Assembly (NCBI GenBank): GCA_964016885.1
Contig: OZ024747.1
Location: forward strand, 42,408,001-42,472,000
Reading direction: 5' to 3'
Origin: Eledone cirrhosa
Taxonomy: Eukaryota
Length of the DNA: 64,000 bases
The translations under genes and the position numbers were made by a program. Shown here piece by piece: positions 37,551 to 51,294 of the stretch (position 1 is its first letter; each line of letters begins with the position of its first letter). Below the pieces are notes generated by a model. The model made no database searches. It was not told the origin of the DNA and was given only the letters and a program-made list of their open reading frames with translations.

Positions 37551-39239
37551 TATAATTGTTTCTATTTTTGGCAAAAGGCCAGCAATTATCCCAGTGTATT
37601 ACTGGTACTTTATTTTATCGACCCCTTAAAGATGAAAGTCAACCTCGGTGAAGGTATATAATAATTGGTGATACATGTAGGACAAAATAAGTAATAAAAG
37701 AATTGGAGTGCTGGAGGAGATCCCACCAGTTGTAGTGTTGGATGCTGAGGTATAGATTGATATTTAGATACCTAGTTCAATGATGGTAAAGAAAGATATA
37801 TCTAATCTACATTTGGGTACCCTGCAAATGGTAGCATTGGTGCTGAGAGATACCCCACCAATGATAGTGTGGAAGATGAATGATATATCTACATTGGAAT
37901 ACCCCACCAATATGTTCCCTTTAAATTTCCATCTGCTGCTCCCCATCACCTCTTTCATTTGTTTCCTTCTCACTCACCCTTTCTCATATTTACTGTACTG
38001 CACTGGGGGTAGTTGGGGATATGTCTCTCATGTAAACACCCTTGTAAAATAATCACTGTATCTCATAACTTGGGGTAGCATGGAATCTATCACTGAGCCT
38101 AACACTCTTGTAACTTATTCACTGTACCTCGTAACTGGGGGTAGCTTGGGATCTGCCACTCTCCCAAGCACTCCTGTAATTACTGCACAATGCTCTCAAC
38201 CATTTGTTTGTCTTGGATTCTATTGCTGGATGCCCTTGCTAACACCAACCACTTTACAGAGCGTACTAGGAGCATTTTATCTTGATACCAGCACTAAAGA
38301 GGTTGTCAGATGGTTGACTTGACTAAAGAGCCTTTCCTACTTTATGTTATTACATATATATATATATAAACTTAAGAAAATTAATAAAAAAAGGACAAGA
38401 CAATGAATGGAAACAAAACAAAGTGAAAAATATTTTTTTAAGGGGGAACCTTAAAAAATTATTTTTTTTAAATATACAAACAAAGGACACAGAACTCCAT
38501 AGTCATCGGACGTTGAGATGGACTTGGGCAGTTTCGACCTCTACCAACAGTATTGCTGGTTCATCCGAGGTCACAGTGTCTGACATAAGCCAAATGCTTT
38601 CCAAAGGAGTGAGAGGCAAAACATTAATTTATAGCTGTTAAGCTACAAAACACAGAATTTTGTGTGATGCTAGGGAAAAAGTGTGGCGCCTCATTGCACG
38701 AGATATGAATGAAGTAAAGAAAAAAAGCAACAAGAAGAAAGTAAGATATGTTAAAAAATATAAGCCATTACAATAAATCTGTTGAGCAGTTCTTTCCTTA
38801 GACATTCTAACATGTTCATAGTTCTAGAGCTGTGATCTCTTGATTCAGAGAAGTAACAGCTTTATTTGGATCTTATCTGGAACTTGTCTGGGATTCTTCT
38901 CTCTGTTGAGAAAATTATAGATTGATATAAGAATGAGCACTGCAATATGTCGTCTCCATTTCTCATTTATCTAGTCTTGAAATAGATACCAGTTATATAC
39001 TGAGGTTAACTACACTTCTCATATAGGAAAATCTGCTTTGTGCATCATAAATACAAACCTGTGTGTATTTGTGTGGCCATCTTCCTTTTTAAGAATTTTA
39101 TCGAAATGTTCAATGTGTGTGGCAAGTTGCTTGCTAATAGATACCAGTAATATACTGGAAGCAGTTTTAATTCTATTGAGTAATTTAGCTTTGTGACTAG
39201 TAGAAAGTAATCCTGTTTATATTTTGTCTTTTCTCTCAG

Positions 39240-39345
39240 GTGTTGTAGTTGTACAAGATGCTACTGTCTTAGATTTGAAACATGCCATCAAACGATATGT
39301 ACAGCTGAAGCAAGCAAGACAGAATGGTGCTGAACACATTAGCTG
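39240..39345 (+). CDS. SNRNP25: SNRNP25 exon (ubiquitin-like domain)
   Basis: VVVVQDATVLDLKHAIKRYVQLKQARQNGAEHISW; ctcAG/GTAGG. Confidence 0.95.
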
Positions 39346-39771
39346 GTAGGTAGACTGGCGTTTGTCCTTCTATATGTGATTATATAATACTAGCTGGCCC
39401 CCATGCCGTCAAAAATGATGGTTAATTGTAATATCTATACATAATATTAAAAAAAGGGATGTTTGTTTGTTGTTGGTTGGTTGGTTCCTTTGCGCTCACT
39501 CACACAACCCACAGCTGTGACGTATTTTAAAACGCTGGACTTCTATAGTTTCTCACCACCCTTCCTTCTTCAGTCATCACATAGATGTGTGTGTATGTAA
39601 TAATTATTTTTTCTAAGTGTGTCTGTTTATATATATGTATGTGTAGATGCGTGTGTTTTTAATTCTATTGTCTATGTATCTTTCTAAATAAACACACACA
39701 AACATATTGTAGTGCACCTGAGCACTGTACACAATATTTCATTATTATTATATACACTCACACAAATATTA

Positions 39772-41121
39772 TCTATATATCTAAAACAGAGAATGTCTGT
39801 CTGTCTGTCCGATCACTAAAACTCGAGAACCACCCAACCCATTGTTTTCAAACTTAAAACATGTAATACTTATGGTCCTGTGAGTGTTTTGAGTAAAAAT
39901 AATTTTGAATTTTCAATGCCCTAGGGACCGCATTAGGCGATTTAGCGATCTCTCTCTATAATTCTTAGTCTGTCTCTTTTTAGATAGATACATAGATATA
40001 ACGTTGCACCCTTATAATATCTGTCTGTATGTCTGGCTGTCTGCATTACAATATTATGACGCCGCTGTGTGTGTGTGTATATATGTATATATAGTGTGTG
40101 TAGATATATATATAGTGTGTAACGTTTTTCGAAATATTTACCTCTGCGTTCACAGATTGATTTTTTTAGTTTCAGAAGATCCCGTTAAGGGTGAAAGCAG
40201 CGATTCTTTGCTTAAACTTTAATCTGTTATTTTAATATATATATATATATATATATATTTATTTCACATTGCCCCAGTTTACTCAGCTGTTGAAATGAGA
40301 TGATAGGGACTGGGGTCCATATCATTCCACTGCAAAGTGGTCGTGGAGGTGCCACAGCAAAAAAGCACCCAGCACTCACTGTAAATGAGGTTGGTGTTAG
40401 GAAGGGCATCCAGCTGTAGAAATCAAGCCAGAATCAGTTCCCGTCCCACCCTTGCAAGCAGGGAAAAGTGGACGTAAAATGAAATGATGATGATGATGGA
40501 GGCACATGGCTTAGTGGTTAGAGCATTGGCCTTGCAATCGAAAGGTTGTGAGTTCAATTCTCAGACCGGGTGATGTGTTGTTTCCTTGAGCAAGACACTT
40601 TATTTCACATTGCTCCAGTTTACTCAGCTGTAGAAATGAGATGATAGGGACTGGGGTCCATATCATTCCACTGCTAAAGCGGTCGTGGAGGTGCCACGGC
40701 AAAAAAACACCCAGCACTCACTGTAAATGAGGTTGGTGTTAGGAAGGGCATCCAGCTGTAGAAATCAAGCCAGCATCAGTTCCCGTCCCACCCTTGCAAG
40801 CAGGGAAAAAGCGGACGTAAAATGAAATGATGATGATGATGATGATGATTATATGTAGAAAACCCGCCAGACAGTCCTATGCGAGCAAGACAACCACTCT
40901 TGCCTCAAGTGGGAAAACCCCCGTCCAAACCCATGCAAGCGTGGAACACGGACGCTAAACCTGATGATGATGATGATGATTCGTGTACAGATATTTTTGC
41001 ATACACAATAACAAAATATAAACAAACGTATTTATTTCACGAGGCTCAATAAGGGTAAATATATATCAAATATATAAGAACCCTAGAGCAAATCCCGAGC
41101 AACGCCGGGCCATTCTGCTAG
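39772..41121 (+). mobile_element. Non-autonomous Helitron with nested SINEs and an RTE tail
   Basis: A|TCTATATATC...(GTCT)n 5' end; CCCGAGCAACGCCGGG hairpin then CTAG|T 3' end. Confidence 0.75.
40258..40850 (+). mobile_element. Two tandem SINE family B copies (truncated 40258-40498, full 40499-40850)
   Basis: Sequence identity to other family B copies; (GAT)n tails. Confidence 0.88.
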
Positions 41122-43452
41122 TATATAAATATAATTCACACAAACACACACAAATACTCACATAATCATAACAGTCATTGTGTGTAGCCAATTTGCTATA
41201 CATATACATACACCTTCCTCAGTCGATGTTATCACCCCTTCCTTCCTCAGTCGATGTAATCACCCCTTCCTTCTTCAGTCATCTTTACTGCGTTGCAGAC
41301 AGGTGCACAAGGCTATTATATTAATAGATTGGCTGGTCAGTAGACTGCAGTTTCATCTGGAGTCTTCCTAGGCTCTTCAACACTACTGAGATTGATGCTA
41401 CTAACATCCCACATGCAGAGGGCTGACTTACTGGGAAGAAAGGACTGGGTGTAGAGGTTAGTGTATGTTTGTGTGTGGTAGGAAATAGGTATAATATAGA
41501 TGATGAAAAGAGGAGCGATGACCATGTCAGGAGTACAGGAGTACCTGAGTGGAGCAGAGACCATTATATTAACAGTAGAGTTCAAATCCTGCCGAGGTTA
41601 ACTTTGCCTTTCATCCTTACGGGGTCAATACAATAAAATACCAGTAATGCACTGGGTAATTGTTGGCCTTGTGCCAAAAGTAGAAACAATTATATTAACA
41701 GTAGAAAAAGCAGAAAGAGGAGACTACATCAGAGTGAAAGGTTGGAGTGTACCCGTGAGTGTAACTTCATGGTAATCAGTTTAGTCACCTTCCTCTGGAT
41801 GTGGTCGAGGATGTCTGTATTTGTCGGAATACCACCATCCCATATGTAAGAGCAGTAACTCTATTACGGGTTGCACCTGATCTTTGTAGAATGTTGGTGA
41901 GGGCTGAAATATTTTCTGGCCTTGAAGAAAAGGGCCAATTGTTGGGATGTAATCATTAGGGGTAGTGCAAGGTTTTCTTGGTATGTACAGTGATTGTATA
42001 GGCAGTCAATTTGCAGTCATTAGACCGTTGAATAGAATGTTTTATGGTATTTGTTCTGGCTCTCTGCTCTCTGAGGTCAACTTTGCCTTTCATCTTCTCA
42101 AGGTCGATAAAAAAGTTTGTCTAGTACTGGGATTGATTCTTCCTCTCTGGAAGAAATCTGCTGTACTCATACCCGAAGAGGGATGATTCCCACAAGGCTT
42201 AAAATGCCCAAGAAGCACCTTATGTCAATACAGCGCCCCTTTCACTCTATCAGGAATTAGGGGACCATACATACAGTGATTGTGTTTTTTGCTATTTGAA
42301 ATTGACAAGATTGATATGACCTCATAAAAGAAAGTTTTTATAAAGTCAATGTAGATTTGGTATGAGGTGTCTTGGTGACATATGAGGGACGTTTGGATGC
42401 AGCAGTTTAGATGGTGTCATCTGTGAGGAATGGGCATTGTTGGTGGATGTAAAGGAGGAAGAGTATTAGGGATTAACCTGAATTCTAGGGCACACCAGAG
42501 TTGATAGATTATTGGTCAAAGAGAGCACTACCATGTGATAGTTTGATCTGGCAGGAAACCACTGATATTTGAGGTAAAAGACAAAGGAGCGCCCATAGGG
42601 AGTTTTGACAAAAGATTCCAATACTGTTGGAAGCATTACTCTTTGGCACTGACTAAATATCCCAAGAAACTTCATTTGAAAAGCACCAATTTTATATTTT
42701 TTTGTAGATATTTACATCCTTTGTTGCTATATATTAGTGAAAGATACACACTCACACAAATACACATATATCTATATATACATACACAAAATGAACCCAG
42801 TACACTGTAAAGTGGTAATGCTGGTGCTACAATAAAATGCACCCAGATACTCTATAAAATGGTTGGCATTAGGAAGGACATCCAAATATGGAATGTTTCC
42901 GCTAGATGAAGTCTTTCCTTCATGTCTAGTGTCACCCCATGACAATTTGTCCCAAACAATGCCACCATGGAAAGTAAACGTAAAATGGTAATTGTTTCTA
43001 CTTTTGGCACAAGGCCAGCAATTACCCAGTGCATTACTGGTACTTTATGTTATCGACCCCGTAAGGATGAAAGGTAAAGTTAACCTCGGCGGGATTTGAA
43101 CTCAGATCGTAAAGGGACGTAACTACGCTGGAAAGCATGTCTGACCCTCTACCAATAAATGATAATGATGTTGATGATGACATACATGACAAACTTCCAT
43201 GTGTTTCTATCTATCAAATTCCACTCACAAAGTATTGATCAACCCAAAGCTATGATAGAACACATTTGTCCAGGATATTGAGCAATAACCAGACAACTGC
43301 AAAGCAAACTCCTTAACTACATGATCATGCTATTTGTTCATCTTGTTAACCTATGGGTTGTATTTTGCAATATTTTGGGGTTGAAATTTGGTTTGTACTT
43401 TGATTTATGAAGATTTTGTATTTGGATTATACTGTATCTTTAATTTATGTAG

Positions 43453-43527
43453 GCGTTACATTTGGAAAAGACATTGGCTGTATTTTGATGGACAGAAACT
43501 GACAGATGATAGTAAACCTTTGAAAGA
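43453..43527 (+). CDS. SNRNP25: SNRNP25 exon
   Basis: RYIWKRHWLYFDGQKLTDDSKPLK; tgtAG/GTAAG. Confidence 0.93.
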
Positions 43528-43699
43528 GTAAGTTGTCATTATATCATTTTGGAGGAGACTGGAATATATTCAATTAAAGAGACAACACTGATTGTGTTGG
43601 AGACATGTACAGTGGATGTGAATAATTTACAGTGTTTGTAAGGGTAAAACTTGATTATAATATCAGAGCTGGTGTGTTGTAGTGTGATATGTTACAGTG

Positions 43700-44030
43700 A
43701 TTGAGATGGTAAAACTAGTTTATGATGTGTCAGAACTGACTGTGTAGTGGTGAGATATGTTACAATGGTTGAGATGGTAAAACTAGTTTATGATGTGTCA
43801 GAACTGACTGTGTAGTGGTGAGATATGTTACAATGGTTGAGATGGTAAAACGTGTTTATGATGTGTCAGAACTGACTGTGTAGTGGTGAGATATGTTACA
43901 ATGGTTGAGATGGTAAAACGTGTTTATGATGTGTCAGAACTGACTGTGTAGTGGTGAGATATGTTACAATGGTTGAGATGGTAAAACGTGTTTATGATGT
44001 ATCAGAACTGACTGTGTTGTAGGTGAGATA
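43700..44030. repeat. 68-bp minisatellite, ~5 copies, in the last SNRNP25 intron
   Basis: GAGATGGTAAAAC..GTTTATGATGTGTCAGAACTGACTGTGTAGTGGTGAGATATGTTACAATGGTT units. Confidence 0.9.
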
Positions 44031-44254
44031 TGCTAGAGTGAATGTGAAGTAATTGGAAAGGAATGAATTACATAGGATGTAAGATATTATATGGCAATGG
44101 AAGATGGATAGTAAAAGCAGCAAACGTAATTCATAAAGAAAAAAGTGAGTATGATGTGTCAGAACTAGTATGTCCCTGAAATTGTAATATTTCTGCCAGA
44201 ATTTATTTGGGTATCCTGACGGTTACCATTATTAAAATATTCTATATTTTGTAG

Positions 44255-44321
44255 GTATGGTATCAGAAACAAAGCTGATGTGACCTTTAAACATAGATTA
44301 AAGCAGCAAGGAACAGTTTAG
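44255..44321 (+). CDS. SNRNP25: SNRNP25 last exon
   Basis: EYGIRNKADVTFKHRLKQQGTV*; ttgtAG acceptor. Confidence 0.93.
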
Positions 44322-47300
44322 TTTTGTCTTCAAATAAATATTTTTTTATAAACAATTCTTTAATTTGTCTTCTTTTCTTATTATTTAAGTAATATAATGT
44401 GTTTGTGGTATCTTTGCCATGATAATAAGGTACCCAGCCCACTCTGTAAGGGGAGTGTTGGTGCCATGATAAAAATACACTGAGCCCACCCTGTAGATTG
44501 GGAGTGATGGTGCCATGATAAAAAGAAATCAGTCAACCCTGTAAGGTGGTAGTGCTTTTTGTTGTGACATTAGCACTCTGCTTTACCTATGGGCTAGGTG
44601 CTTCTTGTCATGACACCAGCACTACTTCTTTACAGGATAGACTAGGTGCTTTTGTCCATAGCACCAGCTTACAGGTTGGACTGGGGTGTGTGTGCTTTTT
44701 CTTGTGGCACATTGAATCCTGTCAAGAAAATGAACTCTCCAATCTTTAGCAGTACCCTAAGAGGACAATTGCTAATAGGATATTACATTGAAAAAATGTC
44801 TGAATTGCCTGATTTTTACCCTTTAGCATTTACATTACTCTATATTTACTATTATATTTTCATGGTAAAGGCTTTACCTCACATAATATCAAATCTATGA
44901 GATTTTGATATTATTTATTTTTAGAACAATACCTTAACATCAGTATGACTGGCCAGTTACGACTAATTTCTGGCTGGGTTAAATGTTATTATAAATGAAT
45001 CTAGGAAGCACACACATGTTTGAAACCATCAATTTATTTTTCATAACAAAACATTTCATAAACAAGAACACAATTGAAGGAGAATATGAAAAGATGGGTA
45101 AGAAAAAAAGAAAAGAAGAACAAACAAACAAACAAACATGGTAATTAATACAAATTCTATGGAGATCAAATTATGAAAATAATACTGTAATAAATGATAG
45201 CTATACACAGGGTTTAACATAAAATTGAATTACAAAAAAAATATTTTTAAAGCTATTAAATGCATGTTGAATTGAGTTTAATTTTTTTTTTCATTATGGA
45301 AATGAAGAAAATATTTAAAATTTTAAACAAATATGGAAGGACACAAGGTGAAAATTCTATATTATTATCAGATCAGTATATTAAATGAATAAGAAATTAA
45401 TTTTCTTACTGAGAAATATTAAGTATATTTTACTCAGTAGATGTGATATTAAGGCACAGAAATATTAATGAGAAGGTAAGGATTTCCAAACCTTGTTCTA
45501 CCTCTTGCATTGTGCTATCAGGCAAAGTACAAAGTACTGTTTGCCTGAGACTGGCAAGCTGGTGTCTTATTGCTTTTCTTTGGGCACTTTTTACAAAACA
45601 CCATCTTGTTGACTAGAGCCAATTCCGAGAAAATAAAAGAAAGAAAAATCAACCTCAGTAGTTGATTAGTTCTATATTTATTAACCCTGAAAAGATGATC
45701 AGCAGAGTTTACCCTAGCAAGATATGAACTCAGAACAAATACCATAGTGTACTCTATTTTATTCTCTAATCACTCTGCCTTATGTTCTCAAAGTAGACCA
45801 CTTAAATTCTTTGATGTGATTATTATTAAGATGAAACAGCTTATGAAAACAGTAATATCACTATTGCACTTCTATATTCTAAATGTTTCTGTAATGTCTT
45901 TCAAGTTATATTTTAATCAGTAAAAAAATTAAAAATATAAAAAAAAACATTGCTAACAAAACACTAAACATATTTCCATTGATGGATACTGTTTTATTTG
46001 TGACTTGACATAAGGCACTAGATTTATAGGGAGAGGAGAAATATTGCAGTATTGATACTATTGAAAAGGCCAATATAAAACAATATATTGTGGTTTTGAT
46101 AAAACTGAGATGGCCTATATAAATGAAGTGAAATAATTATAACCAGGTCATAGAATCAGATGACATCTATAGCAGCCAAGATGTTAATGAATATTGTACA
46201 CAGCTGATGATAATAACCATAAGTTAATATAGTGCCATACTTTATTTCATTTGTAATCTGGTAGCACAACTTGTTTTAGTGGTAATGTAACATCAGATTT
46301 TGTTTCAATGGTGTTTGAGCATTTGTAACTGAATGAGCAATGTTATTAATGATCTCTCACATTGGCAAGGGAAGAGTCAATTATATTAACCCCGGTACTT
46401 AACTGGTATTTTATTTATCAAGCCTGAAAAGTAGGATTTGAGCTTGAAACATGAAGAGGGTAATAGAAATAATAATGGTTTCAGATTTAGGCACAATGCC
46501 AACAATTTTGGGGGAGGGGAAAGTCAATGAAATCGACCCAGTGCATTACTGGTGTTTTATTTTATCGACCCTGTAAGGATGATAGATAAAGCTAACCGTG
46601 GCAGGATTTGAACTCAGAACACAAAGGGCTGTAACTCTATGCTAAACAGCATGGTGTCTGACGCTTTACCGATACTGCCAATTCACTGCTAATAAAAATA
46701 ATAATAATTATTATTATTTTTAATTTAAGCAGATGGCTAGCTATTTGCAGGGTAGGGGGTGGTAAGTCAATTACATCAACCACAGTTCTTTATTGGAATT
46801 TAATTTTATCATCCCTGAGGGATGAAAAGTAAAGTTGACCTTGGTGGGATTGGAACTCAGAATGTAAAGAACCGTAATTATATGCCATAAAGCAGTTTTC
46901 CCAACAGTCAGCCAATCTATCACCTTTAGAAATAAAATTAATGATGATTTATAACATAGGAACAAGGCCACATTTACTGGTACTTATATATTGTTTCCAT
47001 AGTAATGAAATGGGGACAAAAATCAACCCTGGTACAATTTTCAACATCTAAATCATTGCCATTAAAACCTGGTTCTATAGCTAATAACATTAAATACAAG
47101 TTTTAAAGAAAACCTTACATCTTACACAAGTTGTTTCAACTATACTTAATAAACTGATAAAATATCACAATTGTTAAATAGGGGAAATTCTTTTTCCTCT
47201 TTAAGGCACTTTTTGATACAATATTACAGTAAATTCTAATTCTTGTCTTTCAGAAAAGCTTTCTGAAATTAGAATTGATTTTTATCTAATGTAGCAGCCA

Positions 47301-49003
47301 TTCTCTTTTTATTATATAGCTGTTAGAATTGTCTCCAGCTCATAGATACAACAGGGACAGAATCTGTAAAACAAACAGAAGTTGACCCCCCCCCCCCCCC
47401 CCCACACATTTTTTGATGGTGCTGGGTTTTTTATCCCATTACTAACACTGGTCTGAGTTTCTGGCCAAGATGCTTAAACCAAAATGACCTAGTCTACCAA
47501 GATATAGATAGATTTATAACTTAGTCCAATGAGAGAGTGCAGTTTTCATGATTCCACAGCCTAATTTTTCAGAGCCTCCAAGACCAATGGGAGAAGGAAA
47601 AAAGGAAGATCTTAATATATTCAGACTAGAATATTTGCATCAAAGTGAGATCTGCTAAAAGCACCCAAGGGCCAGGTGGTGGTGTTAAACTGGGTGATCA
47701 CCCAGTTTAACACTACCACCTCGAGGACCAGGTTTTGATGTTAAACTGGGTGGTGATAAATCAAATTTATCATTCCTGTACTCTACTGGTTGTTTCAGCT
47801 AGAATACTGAAACCCAATGAAAAGAAGCACCAACATTAAAATTATACTGATAAATGCAAATATGTGACCATGAAACATATTTAAATAATAAAACCTTTTG
47901 GTAATATAAAAAAGTATACCAACATTGAGAGACAGAGTATTATATTGCAATAAAAAAAATATCACATTTAAAATATGAAGAACACGACTCTTCTCTAAGA
48001 TTGTGTGCCATAAGCAAGTCTGGTAAAAATATTTTCAACTGTTACAAATAAGATGAAACAGATTTATGATAACTGAAATAAAATGATGAATTCATTTGAC
48101 TAGGTAGAGGGCCATTTTATAAAAAAGGAGACAAAGTGTAGGTGGCAGAAATTAGCACCTCATATACTAATTCCATCAACCTCAGAAGAATGAAAGGCAA
48201 AGTTGTTCCAAGTCATGATTTTAACAGAATAAGTAAACCGCAAAACCTTTGTTAATATGAAACACCTAAGCCCCTTTTCTACTCCCACAACCAATGCTAC
48301 AACTACACAAATCAAGAATATTTATGAACCAAATCGAAAGTTTGTTTTCGTTGCTTTTAAAATGGTGCTTTATTATTGATATTTAATCAACCTCACCATT
48401 TATTTAAAAAAAAATATTGGAAATTTCAATGTAGAGATTCAAACCAAAGAAAGAAATAAAAAATGAATATATAAAAATAAATTATACAAAAAAAAGTAAA
48501 ATATAACCCTATAACCAAAATTTTATAGATTGATATGATCTGTGAGAATCTAGTCTCTAACAGGTTTGCTTAAAGTGAAATGGGATTACAGTGAAATATG
48601 AACAAGGTTTTAGGCTTTGGTATATTGGCATTTTAAATGCATTATGAAGCTATAGAGAATGCTTTGAGTTTGCTTAAAATATGATGAAAATTTGAAACTG
48701 AAATAAAATTTCATTGGGGGCTTAGTTTTATAACAGTAATGTAGGATAATAAGCATTATGATAAGCAAGATCCCTGGCATCATAGTAAAGGTTAAATGCC
48801 TAATAAAACTAAAAGTTAGTAGCAAGCCTTGGCTTAGTGTTAACACTGAATGTCTCTTCATAGAACATTAGTCAGATACTCAAGACCTTATATACATTTT
48901 CAGGAATATTCTACAAAATATATATAGGTTAAAAAATACAATTGTTGTAAAAATATAGATACAATTCTTGTTACAATACATTCAGTTAATGTATATAACC
49001 ACC

Positions 49004-49037
<34 letters not shown>

Positions 49038-49778
49038 CATACATACATAAATTGCACAATTTCATAAATGCTCACACTATATTCTTAAAAGCTGAACCAC
49101 TAATAACTATAAAAAAAAATAAATTAACGTAAACTTAAACAAATATAGAACATATTTCTAAACATAAACCTGCAAACATAACAAAAAGTAAATGTGAAGG
49201 TCATAAATAAATAAAAATGTAATGATTGACAAAAATTAAGATTTTGAACATACAGAACTAATGAAGACAGATGGAAGAAAAAATTCGAAAAATCTGGATT
49301 AAATGAAAATACGTAAAAAAGACGATTTTATACTTGTCCAAGAGACCATGTATTATAATTGGCAGTTTAGGTTTGGCCTTAAAATTGAACATTTGTATGA
49401 AACAGTTTCCCCATTTTCATAACACAGAAGAAAAAAATTGTAGAAAATTTATTCCATCCCTTTAAAAATATCTTGGAGTAGATTTTCTTTCTCAGGTAAA
49501 ATTGGAAGCCAACATGTTAAAATTTTTAGAGAAAAAAAAATGTTAATAAAAATACACCTCAACTACAAATTTGTTAATTTGAATTTAAATATTTTTCACT
49601 TAACTAATGAAGTTTGACAATATTTTAATATTTAAAATACATATTGTAAAATATGTTTTTGTAAAGGTTTTTGATTTTACTTAGTTCTGTTGGAATATGC
49701 ATGTTGGTTATGCAATATGCATTGTTGAGATATTGGTTCAATAAAACTAAAAAAAATTCTTAGGAAGACAAAAACAAG

Positions 49779-49944
49779 TTAAACACTTAAGGACAGCAAA
49801 GAATTGTCATGAATATGGATTTCATCTTGGTCAAAGATATCAAAACGGCTGAGAGGCAGCGAATCCAAGCGAAGTTCTTGGAGCTCAGCCTTCTCAGAAT
49901 CTCCATGCTCTGGACTACAAGGAAAATGGTACATCTTGAAGTCT
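49779..49944 (-). CDS. TBCEL: TBCEL-like last exon
   Basis: DFKMYHFP...LQELRLDSLPLSRFDIFDQDEIHIHDNSLLSLSV*; aacAG acceptor. Confidence 0.85.
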
Positions 49945-51125
49945 CTGTTTGAAAAAAAAATTAATTAAATTAAATTAAGAAAAAAGATAAGGATTTTTTT
50001 TATAGTTATCAAATAACATAATTAATTTGCATAATAAACAGGAAGAATCAATATTGAAAATAAGGAGAAGGGAGGAGCAGACTCTACACTATCGGTCTTG
50101 ACAAAATGGCAAAATTATATGAAGATATACATTTCTGCCCAATTACTTTGTTTCATACAAAAACTGCCCTTGGTTATATGATACAAAACTGCCTACTTAA
50201 AGTGTTTATATTTATCTAAAAATTTTCCATCATAATTTTATGTAAAATCCTTTATTAAATTGTTCAAAACACCAGCTAAATAATGAGAAAATCAGTTATA
50301 TTACTAAATCCCTCTAAATTTTTGATTATTTAGAAAAAAAATTATTTGAAAATTATAGGCAGAAATATGGTAATGAAAGGGTTAAGGAGGGATATATTAT
50401 AAGTTTTCTTTTATTAATATCTTGAATCAATGGAGATATAGTAATTTTACAGTTAGATAGATTATCAATAATGAGGAAAATAAACAGGATTTATTGGTTA
50501 TATAAACTGAATTTAAGAAGCAAATGGAGGGTATTAAATAATAAAAGAAGTGGGGGAGAAAACCCACATACTCAATTGCATGTAATAACAAGGGGTGTCA
50601 GGGTTTCTCTCTAATATTTTTTAGGCAAGCCAACATACACACTGTCAGCATTGTCATGGGTAATAGCAAAGCTAAGATGCTGGAATAACTAAGCACCCTT
50701 GCAGACATTGCCTGATAACTCCTGGAGTGAGTTGTAGAGGCACTGTTGCAATATATGATGTATCTTGGGCATTCAAACCTGGCAGAGCCCACCCTCTCTT
50801 CATGTCGGAAAATAACTAATTTCTTCCAAAGAAAGAAAGATAGAGAGATTGAGAGACAAGAAGTGAGAAAGAGATATAGAGAAAACATCGACCCCCCAGT
50901 ACTGGACTGGTACTATTTTTTTATCAACCTCAAATGGATGAAAGGCAAAGTTAACCTCAATGGAATTTTGGTGCAGAGAGCCAGAACTGCAAAAATACAG
51001 ACATTCTAACAACCTTGCCAATTTGCCACACATTTGGTATCTAAAACAATAGTTAAAATGACACAAAACAATGTACTGAACAAGAGAAATGCCTTATATT
51101 TAAAAAAAAATAGATATTTACTTAC

Positions 51126-51294
51126 TCTAATGATAAGGAAAGACATTTGGCAATGTGTTTGCGCAATTTCCCGACAGACTGGACAACATGAAGTCTTTCA
51201 GAGAAGATTTCTAAACCATTGTAATTGAAGACAATGTTGGCCCATCTTTGGTAACGAGCGCCAAGGTCAATATCTACCAATGGCTTTAATTTCC
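51126..51294 (-). CDS. TBCEL: TBCEL-like exon (start of UBL)
   Basis: GKLKPLVDIDL...LHVVQSVGKLRKHIAKCL; ttcAG/GTAAG. Confidence 0.88.

Larger units (their letters stand above)
36121..44321 (+). other. SNRNP25: Gene span: U11/U12 snRNP 25 kDa protein, 5 coding exons, 164 aa
   Basis: Exons 36121-36243, 36855-36978, 39240-39345, 43453-43527 and 44255-44321 total 495 nt; AATAAA at 44333-44338. Confidence 0.94.

Noticed and set aside
36244-44254. U12-type introns in SNRNP25 or neighbouring genes
   Set aside because: All inferred donors are ordinary GT-AG type; none matches RTATCCTTT
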